Assembly (NCBI RefSeq): GCF_964355755.1
Contig: NC_092677.1
Coordinates: 2,378,101-2,442,100, forward strand
DNA from: Antedon mediterranea
Taxonomy: Eukaryota; Animalia; Echinodermata
DNA: 64,000 nucleotides
Reading direction: 5' to 3'
Below the pieces are notes generated by a model. It saw only the letters and a program-made list of their open reading frames with translations, was not told the DNA's origin and ran no database searches. Shown one piece after another: positions 12,724-25,300 of the stretch. The first letter of the stretch is position 1. Each line of letters starts with the position of its first letter. Both the position numbers and the translations under genes were made by a program.

Positions 12724-12810
12724 GGTCCAACCTCTTCTGTCTCAACAGCCTGTACAACAGGAGCGCATTCTATAGGTGATGCCATGAGGTTTATACGCAA
12801 AGGCGATGTG
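12724..12810 (+). pseudogene. Inverted duplicate fragment of OXSM exon 7 (catalytic Cys segment)
   Basis: [29 protein letters not shown] versus [29 protein letters not shown] at 9917-9831. The acceptor ttag has become ttat. Confidence 0.9.
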
Positions 12811-12825
12811 GAGCTTCAGCTAGAC

Positions 12826-13100
12826 TCTTACCAAGGTGTTACTGTTACCAACACTTCCACCAACACCTTAACCACTAATGTTACCAAGGTGTTACTGTTA
12901 CCATCAACATCGCCAGTGTTACCAAGGTGTCACACTTTTCCCATCACCTTCACCACAACCTCAGTATTATAGGTACTGGTTCAAGTAATTGTCTTCTTAA
13001 AGATCTGGTAGCCATCATTAAGATAACGTTACCAATTTGTTACTGTTACAATCACCTTCACCATCAGTGTTATCCATCACACTCCTCACCATTGTTATAA
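12826..13100. repeat. Low-complexity degenerate repeat (gttaccaaggtgttact / caccatca)
   Basis: Directly visible recurrences. Confidence 0.55.
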
Positions 13101-14379
13101 CAAGTATTCTGTATTAATAATCAACGTATGCCTACCAAAATCAAAATATTACTCTCATTATGATCAACGAACTCATCATCATCATTATCATTATCATTAA
13201 ACCCATCCCTATCTTCCATCTCCGCGTTATTATAATAACTGTCGTTGTTAATTATCATCCTTATTGTTATCACTCTAGCAACGCTCAACACCATGATTAA
13301 ACCCTAACAATGTAATTGGCTGGCAGCTGAATGGACATTGTCGGCATTCCTTTGATCTTTACGCGATCCGAATTATATCAAATCCAGCGCGACAGGATTT
13401 CGTATAATGTATATTGCAGTACCATGCATCAGTTAAAACAATGCAATTATATCTACTAATATTTATAATTAACTTTTAATCCAATTTATGTAAGCAGTGA
13501 TTAACTGCGTCACGAGATGTATTAGTTTACTCTCTCTCATCTTTCTTTCATGGCATGCTAAAATATCAAGTGATGTGATTATAACAATATAAATAAAAAT
13601 GATGTTAACGAATAAATATAATTAATCAAATGAAATTCATTACTTTATGTAATCATTATATTTTAGAAATATTTTCCTAAAAATCTATTACGCTAACAAA
13701 TTCAAACAATAAAGTGACGTCATCAAAATACAGACAATAAAACTACAACATTGTGTATGATAAAAAACATGGTAATGCGCGCTTTCAAATTGTAAAATTT
13801 CATTACAATTACTAACGAATACTCACACATTTTATGAATTTTGTTTGTTTTTTTATTACCTTTTGTTAGATTGACCCTGTTTATCGACATGTAGTCACCA
13901 TTCACAATCCCAGTGTTACAAGCAACAAAATAACACAACACGTCTCCGTCTCATTTTTATGTTTTAGATTATTTTATTTAAACCCTTCGAGGATTTGCTT
14001 TATTTCAGTTTACACTTGGGTGAAAAAAAACCTGATTAATGAATATGTTACTCAAAGCGAGCACAGGTAACCAGGCTGCAGAGAGATGAATTAAAAATAG
14101 CTAGATCACTTGCCAAGCGTACCTGCAACGTACAGCCAATCAATCGTCCTCATAGGCTGCTGTTTATTCCCGTTAGATTGATCGTGTATTGAACGCGCGC
14201 GTATATCTGACCTGTAGTGATGCGCGCATTGAATACACGTATCAGGACCATCGCTCTGATACGCACTGAACGTAGTCTAGTTGCAGAGGTGTTTATATTA
14301 AAACAGCAAAAAGCAATGCTTATGCGCAAACATTTTTCTATGTGCAACATCTTTTATACGCGCACCTGTATTTTTTGCA

Positions 14380-14550
14380 CACATACATTTTGCACAAGGC
14401 GTATTTTGCACACAGCACCTATGCACAACACATATGCACAACACATATTTTGCACAATGCGAATTTTACACAATTCCTATGCATACAATGCATATTTTGC
14501 CCAGCTTGTATTTTTCACAATGCATATTTTGCACAATACACGATATACAC
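14380..14550. repeat. Degenerate minisatellite (atattttgcacaatgc)
   Basis: Repeated ttttgcaca units; this explains the overlapping spurious ORFs at 14217-14669. Confidence 0.65.
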
Positions 14551-17500
14551 ATTGTTTGTTACAAATGCATCATTTTGAAGTCCTATGGGAAGCAAAGCTT
14601 TGCACACGTTGCATCAGCATAATTGTCAAATACACCGCATCCCGACACGCCTGCAATGTTCTAGTGTAAACTAAAGATGCTATATTATTAATCTCCATGT
14701 GCACTCAAATCAGGCCTAGATAATCCGTCATCGTAACATATCAAATGTCATTGTGTAACCATTCGTCAGTTCATTATGCTGACTTATGACGTATGTATGT
14801 TGCGCGTACAATATATTTTGTTGACGTTATACCTGGATACACGTAGACTTAGATGAAGTCCGCTTTACTACTGGGAGTTCCTATGAGTATAAACAATCGC
14901 AGGTAGCCTACATCTGCCTTCTAAAATGCGTAAGAACGAGATCATTTTTCTTTCAAAAATTCTTTCATATCTTTAATAAAGTTGCATCTAAAAATGCACA
15001 CTAAAGTTAAGTGAATGAGTTGTGGGATATAAAACTCATCGTTTCGGTATAAAGAATGACTGTATTATATACTTCTCGTAGGCGTTTGGGCGTCAGAGAA
15101 TTATAACATTACATGAAGGCCTATAATAATTAAAACAAGAGGCCTATTGTTTGCCCTCCATAGAATTGTTGTAGAAATGTTTGTAATGTGACATGTTTAA
15201 AATAAGTGGATGTGATGGGCGTTGCAACCCTCTAGAAAAAGGCAAACAAAAAATTAAAGATGATACGAAAACTGGTTGAGAATAAAGCAAATAAGAGGGA
15301 AGGAAATGGAGAGATTTAGAGACGGGATATGTCCTGCAGTGTACTGCCAAATCCTGAAGAAGTATGCATATATACAATGTAAGCCTATTTGGTTGCTTCC
15401 AGTTAACATCAGCTTGCTTCAAACACGTTTGTCATGTGAATTCCGTTGCATCTTTACAATTATTGAAAACATGGAATGATACATGTTACATACATAACAT
15501 TATTTGTACCCTCGATATATTATTATTAGAATGACGTCACAAAAACCACATCAAATTATTGACTGACGTCATTGAGTTTATATGTCGCAATTATATTTAT
15601 ATTTTATTTTACGTTGAGCACATCATGGATAGTAACTTAGTAATTGGAACTTTTAAACACGAGATATAAACGATGGTTATGCTCATACGAACAAACAGCA
15701 GTTTTATTTTAATAATGATGAGTCGATATCTTCCTCGCTGGCATTGTCCCATTTCGTTTTCGTTGCATTTCATTTTTTCCCCAAGTCTTTTCAATCACAA
15801 AAACTGTGTTTTATTTAAATACAGCCCAGCATTATGCATCTTATACTTACAAGACTTTATGTAGTATAGTTTTATTAGATTTTCGCCATTCATTTATTGC
15901 CGAAATTCCACAATTTCAAGGCTCACATTCAACAACTCATATTTTGCATACTGATCTATTGATTTGTACTTTCTTTAAATTTTTTATTATCATTATTAAA
16001 TAATATAATATGCTTTAAAACATTAGAAATGCGTTCGTATGTTCTTGTTATCGTTGTTATATAAGTTCAAGGCAAAGTTATATAAATAGAAACATCATAA
16101 AATTGTCTGCTGGTACCATCAAATTCATGTAATACATTGTGCGTTTTTAAATCGATACCGCTAGATAATAAGCTATTAATATTAAGGAATCCTTCTGTAT
16201 ATATATACTGTATTGTATTTAGTTTATTAAAAACGAAAATTCGTAACACAGATCATCATCGACCACTAAACGAGTCAGAAAGCCGTTCCTCGACACTTTT
16301 GAATTGTACACATTTTGTATACGATATATAGTGGGTTCATCGAATGACGATGAACAAGGAGTAAGAGTGTGTGCATTTACAAAGAACATAAACAGACTGA
16401 AACAATTTATGCATGTTCACAACATGATAATCAATATAATTCATTTATTATTATTATTATTATAGTGTATGTCCATTTCAACATGACAGTTTGTTGTTCA
16501 ATTCAACATCTTAACAAATGCTAACAGTAAATACAACTTAGAACATACGAGGAGGAGGAGGAGGTACTCAATAACAGATTGGTGCAAAAATCTAAATTAC
16601 ATTTTAAAAAGAAAGAGAAACCATATATTGTACAGCATTAAATATCATATATACAAACTAACGAAAGGAACTGCGTAAAAACAATTCAAATACATAATTA
16701 TGTATCGTAATATAAGACTTAAACAACATGATTCGATAACGTAACCTCGGTACCGTATATCGCATTTGCTAAGCAATTATACGATTTTTTTAAAGGCGTA
16801 AATAGTTTCTAAGCAAACATAACATACGCGTAGCTAGTTGCTTCGCAACCGTACGCGTGTTTTAAACGCGTGTGTCAAACGCGTACATTGTTGCTAAGCA
16901 ATCTTACGCGTGTCTTCAACGCGTACCTAGTTGCTAAACAATTAGGAACACTCATTTACATAAAATAACAAGTGTAAATTATTTTTTCTTTAAAGAATGT
17001 CGATATTTATCTGAATAACAATTTGTTTTATGTACAGTTTTTTTAAATAAAGTATTCGATTTGTAGGGAGTAATGGTTATAATTGAAATTCATAATTCGT
17101 TCCTTACGTGCGCATAATTTACTATTATTCGTTCATTTCGTATGTTTATTGTACTTTATTGGAATATTTAAAATTGTCGATAACTATGCAATGCCGCTAT
17201 TACATTTTTTTAAATAACCAAGACATTATTTTGTTTAAATAATGTAATTCTTCATTACATTATTACATTTAAATGAATTACATTACTTGATCTTAAATAT
17301 TTTTAACAAAACCGAAACCAAAAATGTTTTGTTCGAATTTTTCTGAATATACAGTATAGAATACGGATAACGAAATAAGAAATGTCGATAAAATAGAACA
17401 AATTAAATGTTATAAATGATAGTATTGTAAATAATATCTGTATGTTTGTAATAACATACCATAATGTAGCATGTACTAATAAACTAAAGCGTCAAAAGAA

Positions 17501-19398
17501 TTAAATCATTAAAACGCAAATTAATGTTTCTTTTAACGATAAATGCTAGAATACCGCATGGACGAAAAAAATATTTTGTCCTCCATGAATACAGTAAGAA
17601 CGCACGTGCAACACAATAACTTAACCAATCACAGGCGATGGGTCTCATTCATCGTTGTGCGTGATTAGTCAAATTACGTACGCTACACGTCCTTGCGTTG
17701 CCTCGTAGTTGCCATCAAGCAAAATAAGACTAATCTTATTTCAATTGAGATTACATAGATTACATACAAATATATTTTTTTGTCTTTAGATAATTTGAGG
17801 ATCACAGTTGTATATCGTGGACTTTCTTTCGTATATATTTAACCAACAATAATATAAAACTTGCCATGACATGATTTCTTACGTCACTAAATCCACAACC
17901 TTCTTCAAATCACACCGTACCTCTGTGTACATGATTATGACGTCATAATCATCGATTATGCTTTACCCACTCATAACTTTAGATATAACAATACTTATCA
18001 CCACAATTATATTTTTTATAAAACATCAATTTGAAATTGCATGTGCAACAGTTTGTACCAGACGGGCGCAGCATATCACACTTACGACGAGGGCTCTTTC
18101 AATTTACGACACCACAACTATTAATACCGAACACTGAGAAGCGCATGCGTGGTGGAGCAGCGGTACTAATGTACCGCAGCAGTACTACTGTACCGCAGCA
18201 GTACTACAACTGTACCGCAGCAGTTTGGATATTATAAACAGGTCACATAGATTGAGATTTCATTTCTTGAAAAAACAAAAACATCTTGAAATAAAGGTTT
18301 GTTTCAAAAATAATACGTAGTAAAACTTAACTTGTACCTTTTTTTTCTTCAATTAAACAAAAATTAAAAATTTTTCTAGATTTCGTGTGAGTAAATTATT
18401 CATGGCACAGATTAGTAAGTCTTATTGTTTGTATAAAATATTCACACCTATTGTATACGTCGACGACTATTATAGGTACACTATCCGTTCTATATATATC
18501 TATTACACTTCCTACTAGAATACTCACTGCTGCAGTATGCTCAGCAAAGTCATCGATGATAAACCGCGCAGAAAAATTACCTGATCTCGGATTAGCCTAG
18601 ATTATCCGGACAGTTAATAACGAGATTTTGAAAGATAAAAAGCGAATCTGGATGTTCTAAACAGCTAAGACGTCACAGATACAGAATTGGACACTGAATA
18701 AACTAAGAAATCCAACATCCAGTGAACATAAGCGCTTGCAATCCTACTTTTTTTGAACTATAATTGCTGTACATACAATTTCTTCTAGTAAGTCACGGTT
18801 TTAGCTATCTAAGATTTGTTTTTATACAAAGTAGATTTCAGATTGTAGAATTTTAGTCTCATATATTCTTTTTTTTTATACAAATATTTAATCACGTGTC
18901 CGCATGATACGTTGATTTCATCTTCATAGAAGATAATAAAATATGCAAAATGTATGAATATTGAACCAATGTAAATAAGTTTAAATATTTATGAATTTTG
19001 CAAATATACAACAACAAACGCGCGAAATCTGGATTGTTTTCTTCAATCAAGTTTGTGATATATTGCATGTGAAACTTTAATGCATCGTACTATTGTATAC
19101 AACTTGTTTATTACGGAAAGAATGTATAAAACGCGCGCCAAATAAAAACGCACGAAAACGTGCACGGTCCGTTTTACCTTTTGCATATACAATTGTACTA
19201 ATAATATTGTGAATTAGTAATTTTTGTTTTTTAAAACAACTCATCACATGAGAAAAAAATGCCCTTTAATTTGTCGTAAATAAAAGAATATCTATGTAGG
19301 CTTATATTTAATTTCTTGAATAGTGTAACTCTTGAAGCTGAAACAAATGCGATACTTGTAAACCTTTGTATTAACTAGTTACATTCGTTTGCCATAAA

Positions 19399-22300
19399 TC
19401 AAAGTTTAGAAGGGTCGTCATCTACAGAATTCTTAACGGGAGAGGGAGTTCTTGAAGTTTTCGGCTCGTAACTATTTTGACTTCTGCAAACTGCCTCTAA
19501 CCTTTCAAGAGAACTATTCGAGAGGGCGCTTCGTAAAAGTCCATTCCCCGGTGACTTAACTTTAGTTTCCGTCTCGAAAAACGTCTCACGAAACCGACGC
19601 ATTGCGTCGCCGTGCACTGGATCTTCCGCAACTGGTGGAAATTGGAAAACAGTACCAGCCACCGCTCGAGTTGCTTTCTGCGTAGGTGTGCATGGTAACG
19701 AGTGCGATGACGCAAACTCGTTTCCGGTCAACTTGGGTGATTTTGTATCGGATTCGTGAAACGACGGAGGCCTACTATTATCACGATTCCACTTCCGTTT
19801 AAATCTTAACTTTATTGGTATATTCTTATCAGCGTCTTTACGCATAAGTTCAACTTCATTTGCCGATTTTGGCACTTCCATGTGTTCCGGAATGTTAAAA
19901 CGCCGTGGCATCGGAAGTGTCGCCGATTTAGGAATTTCCATATTAAGTGAATTTCGCAGTAAGTTTCTTTCTAAATTTTGAGTAGCGGTTCGTAATACCG
20001 GTTCATTGTTATATTCTTGAGTAGCGGTTCGTACGATTTCGTTACTTCCGTTTTCTATCGTCGTCGTCGTTGTGTCTTCCTTCGGAGCGGTCACTTCTAT
20101 AATCGGTTGTTCGATTGAATCTGCAGTAAAGCCATTAAGATCGTCTACTGGTGCTGTACCTTGCGAGGATGATGCTGGCACACTCTTTTGCGTTGACATT
20201 CTTCGCTGGTACAGCTGTGATTTCACCGGCCTATCTGGTATTTGTACAGGCTTTTCTGGAGATTCTTCTCGTAATTCTATTGATCTGAAGCGAGACTCAT
20301 TCTCTGTATGCGTTCGCCAAACAGTTCCCGGTGACGGATGAACAACATTGGGTATTTTTCGAGGTATTTCGCTAGCGCGGATGTGTGCTAACCGATCGTA
20401 CTCTAATCGTGCTGCTATCGTGTCCGTCGTAGAATAGTTAAACCGTGGCGCTCCATGCGTGTAATAAGGACTCATTGTAACTTGTGGGCTAGCCATCGGA
20501 GACAGGTAGCACGGACTTGCGGGTAACGAATGTGAAAGAAAAGGTCTGTACGCTTGGAAAGGTATAGAATGTAGAGGTACTCCGTGTATCTGCTGTATTC
20601 CTGGTATAGGTGGTTGTTTAAGTTCAGTCATTGGTATTTGAGGTGCTACCATTTGATTCGGAATTTCACGATTTTCGCGTACGACCGGTTTTATTTCCAC
20701 ATCACCCACGCTATGCGACCGTTCCCTCGGTTGTTTATGATTCTCGTCCGTTTCCGAGGACTCGAGTGACTCGCTACTCGATTCTGATACACTTCGACGC
20801 GTACGTCTGTCCGGGGGCGTAATACGAGGAGTTATCCTTGTAGGTTGTACAGTGTTCTGGGCATTATTAAACACTTCATCTGGTGACGTCACACAATACG
20901 GTGGCGCTGAAGCAGGCGGTGCATATTGAGAAAGAAACTTTACGTCCGCCGTTGGGTAATTCACGAGAACTAGTTTATTGAAGTTGAACTTGTATGTAAA
21001 ACGTTTTCCTTTGGTTTTATGGAGGATTCGTTTGTTGTAATAATACCTAAAACAAGCAAAGAAATAACGAACAGTTAAAACAGATGTATTATTATGCAAT
21101 ATTTTTTAAATTATACAAAATTGTAGAAGGCCTCTAAAACGTTGTATTGAAAATAAAATCAAAGTGACAAACCTCAGAGCACGACTTAGCTTGTCGTAGT
21201 TCATATGCGGTTTGCATTTTCTCATGCCCCAAAGTCGTGCGAGTTCGTCAGGATCTTTGATTATAAACTCGCCATACTCTCCCTGCCAGGCGATCACCTC
21301 GCGGTATTCTTCCTTCTGCAGCAACTCTAAGATGAAGTGCCACAGCTGGATCTGCCTGCTTCCTGGTGAGCTCTCGGCTTTGTAGGCCCAATCTGGAACA
21401 GTCATCCCTGCAAAGCAGGAAGAAAAATTAAGTTTTGCATACAAGTCCTATTTTATAAAATGGTTAGTAAAATCTGCCGGATCACACTAGATAAGATTCC
21501 GTTGAGCTTAGCTATACCTTTGCATCATGCACCTGACATTACTCTAGTGTGGACCATCCTTAATGCTAATATAAAAATGGTTTACAGTGCAAAAAAATGC
21601 ATATTTACGATGAGTACATCTTTGCAACGGGATAGAGATGCGCTTCTCGCTAGTCTTACAAATGTGTTAAAGGCTGCACCCGACGCTAAACGGTTTACAA
21701 ACCTAACATGCTGCAGCAATCGGTAGTAAATATTTCCCAGGAACTGTTTTACGTCAAATCATACGTGAATCATCAGATACACTCCTTAAACATTAATGTC
21801 CTAGTTAATAGAGTCAATTCCACTATCAACTAACATCACACGACTCCCATACGTGCAAGAACCGTGGCGAGTTTAATCAACAATTTACATACTCTATACG
21901 GTTATCTAATGCGCATGTGCAAACGGGTTTTTCGGTACAGTAATTAAACTATAAGTTATTATGCCTGATGATGATAAAGTAATTGTCGATATATAGAACC
22001 CTAACACGATGGTATGTATCTTATTTCTCGAATTTTAAATTAAACCTGCAACTTATCATGTTGTGTTCATTTATTCATGATGTATAACATGTAATATATG
22101 CGAGTGCGGCTGACGTCATCAATCACTTTGTAATGTAATAGCATTTACCTTGACGCCATCCAGGTCCGGCGGCCGGACTTGCAACTTTTTCTTGCTGCGG
22201 GACCGGAGGAGCTGGGCTGACTTCTTGCTTGTAAGGCCAATCATTCAATGGCAGGCCAACACCTAAACAAAAGAAACAGAGAATTACAGTTCATGTTTTT

Positions 22301-25300
22301 ACTTGTACTTCATAAATATATTTATGCATAAAAATTGCAAAAGCTAGAGTCAGTGGAGCAGTATAAGCCTTCAACAATGAAGTTTGATCCTAAATGGAAG
22401 AAGAAGAAAATACTGTAGATGACGTAATGCGGTTAGCGAAAAATAATGTTTGTTTTAATAATTCAACCAAAACTAAACCATTTTATTAACTTATGTAACA
22501 AACAATAACCACAAGTCATCAACAAGGTTAGTTAAGCATTTATGGTTTTTGTTATGGTCGAGGTGAAAAGCAAAACGAGTTACATTTTGTTTGTTTTTTA
22601 ACTTGAAAACAAAATCATTTTTTTTTAATCATCATTTATATTTTGTTATCACTAAATTATTTAAGTATTAAAACAACGTGTTGATTTGAAACCATAGAGA
22701 AATATCTTAAATATGTTTATATAACACAGCACTAGATAATAAGACCTACAAAAAGATAATACATTTCATATAAACTTATATTTCATATGAAAAAACAAAC
22801 TCATAAAATGATAACAATAAACAAGGCAATCTATCTATCTCTCTTAAAACGTTTTCCGACATTACGCTTTCCATGATTTGTTTCCATATTGTTCTGTTTT
22901 TGGCAGGATGGTGCTAAAGTCTACATTTTTTCCGATTAAATCTTTTTTTATTTGGTTTATCCAGTTTTCTTTTTGTCTTCCTGGTGGCCTTACTTCTTTT
23001 TTAGTTTCTTTCATTGTTTGTAGGCACCGAATGCCATATTGGAAATTAAATCTTATAACTCGATTCGCAGAAGTATAGACAAACATTATGCAATTCAAAC
23101 AAGTTGAAAGTTGAAAAAGACATTTTGCGCGCACGTAGAAATCCATTGAAAAATCAGCGCGTGATCGCATGCATAGTTAGTCTTAACTTATGTGGGCCTT
23201 AAACGCGTCCGTCATAATGACAGTTCAGTAACACGTTTTTCGTCCAAAACTTAACTTGTTTGTGTTTTTCTTTTGTAACACGGCTTTTGTTACCAATGAA
23301 TTTTCATTGTCACTGTGTAATAATATTAATAAATGTTTATTTTTTTGTACTATCAAGTTAATGTTAACAACATTGTGATCATCCAGACCTTATAAAAATA
23401 TGTTTACAAAAAAGTAAATCATAAACGGGTGTACCCATCAGCTGCTGCTTACAAAGAACAAACGAAACGGTTTATTTTTATGTCGCGCGCGTTCAAGTAA
23501 TGATGAATATGTTACTAGTTTTGCACGCGCGCGTTCAAGCAATGATGAATATGTTACTAGTTTTGCACGCGCGTGTTCAAGTAATGATGAATATGTTGCT
23601 AGTTTTGCACGCGCGCGTTTATGTAATGATGATATGTTACAAGTTTTGCACGTGCGCGTTTCTTTTTACAGTTTACAAAACGAAAGCTTTGTCTATTGCC
23701 GAGTATTCGTTACTATTCTTGTGGACATGTAAATTATAATCAATTGTAAATATTATACAATGTTGTTATAAATTTATTCCCGGATAAAAACATTCAATTG
23801 AATATTCAATTCTTTGTTTGTAAATTGATGTACATGAATAGTTTAATGAAAAATTCCAATCTGAAGCATTTGTATTTATCTTAAAAATTAATTTTCGATA
23901 TCAGAATAAAAAATTGTTCTTTGTTTCCAAATTTAAGAAGGTCTGTCTGAAGTGTACATTATGATAGAAATATTTATAATCGCTATTACAAATAACAAAA
24001 CACAGCCCATATCAAACACAAATGTTTATTATGCTACCTAACAGATAGGAAAATGAAATAAAAATAGCTAAGAGGCCTATATAAATTATAAAACGTTCCT
24101 TAGGGAAACATTGCCAACTCCTTCATCCTTTTGTTCAGTGTAATGAAAGATATTAAGATTACATCAGATGCGAATGAATTCACGACTATTGAATGATAAA
24201 ATTGTGATATCAATCAATAACAGGGGTCAATAGTTACCGTTCAGGGGTTAATACTTCTCATCCAGGGGTTAGCCATCCTCATCAAAATCGTTACAAACTT
24301 TTGAATATGTAAAAGCGTATAAAATAATCAAACCAATATTTTTGCAGAGTGATATATTTGAATTGTCATTAAAATGCTGCTTTACTGGACATTAATATGT
24401 AGCAATCGTAAAATGCTACGATAATTGTATCAATAAACTACAGATTATTACTCCTTACATCCAAATATAATAAAATATAATAGCAATAGAAACGATGGTG
24501 TTTACAAGATACCATTGTGATTTATATCGTCTAATAAAACATGTATTGTTCGTAGCCATAGTCATTATGTCTCCTTATTTTACAGATTACTTTTCCATCT
24601 TCGTGGACAAGGGACGCATCACAAAAAGTTTTAAATCGGAAAATTGTTATACAAATGTTTGTCAATTATAATTACCTGGATTAATTCATATTTATAAATA
24701 TGAGTCACCCATAAGGTATTCATCAATCAAAATGTATATGAATATTCATGAGCGAATACGACACGCAGCGTTGGCATCACTACGCGCAAAAAAAAAGACC
24801 GATTTGATTTTTGACGAGCACGTTCTCAATTAAAGGTTATGGTATAACCGGCACGGGCCGTTGATTCCATATTTTATTCAGCACCTGACAAGATAATCCA
24901 TCATGATCCTATAACGAGGGACCGTTTATTTCTCGACCGTAACAAACGCCTTTTACTCAAACCTTTGACTCCTTGGAAACGTGGATAGTTTTTAGATACA
25001 TCAAACCAGTGTGGTACATCCCGCGGTACGACAGAACTGGTTTATGTTTTGATGGTTATTTTCCATTAATTAATGTTTGTAATGAAATTAATTATATTAA
25101 TGGAGTTTAATGATGTAGCAATTTACAAAAACTGTGGACGACAGGCGTGTGAGTTTGAATATTGATGACCAAGGCGGAGAAAGAGCAACATGATCCATCA
25201 AAATGAACTATTTCAACAACACGATACAAGACGACACTATTACAGCCATATCAAGATTTCATTAATTAAAAAACGGCAAGTAGAAATTAAAGAATTATAG

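Noticed and set aside
12649-12972. 107-aa ORF as a second OXSM gene
   Set aside because: Only 29 codons are OXSM-derived; the flanks are MITE and low-complexity sequence, and the acceptor is mutated.
14150-14669. 150-aa His/Cys-rich ORF and overlapping ORFs
   Set aside because: They derive from a degenerate minisatellite and show no domain or splice context.
15144-15479. Coding-like patch between OXSM and ERF
   Set aside because: Stops interrupt the plausible frames and no family motif was recognised.
20072-20822. Plus-strand ORFs overlapping ERF
   Set aside because: Antisense shadows of the coding exon with no independent support.
21047-21172. ORFs 19399-21099 and 21106-21444 as two separate genes
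   Set aside because: They are two exons of one ETS domain joined by a GT-AG intron; their listed termini are intronic.
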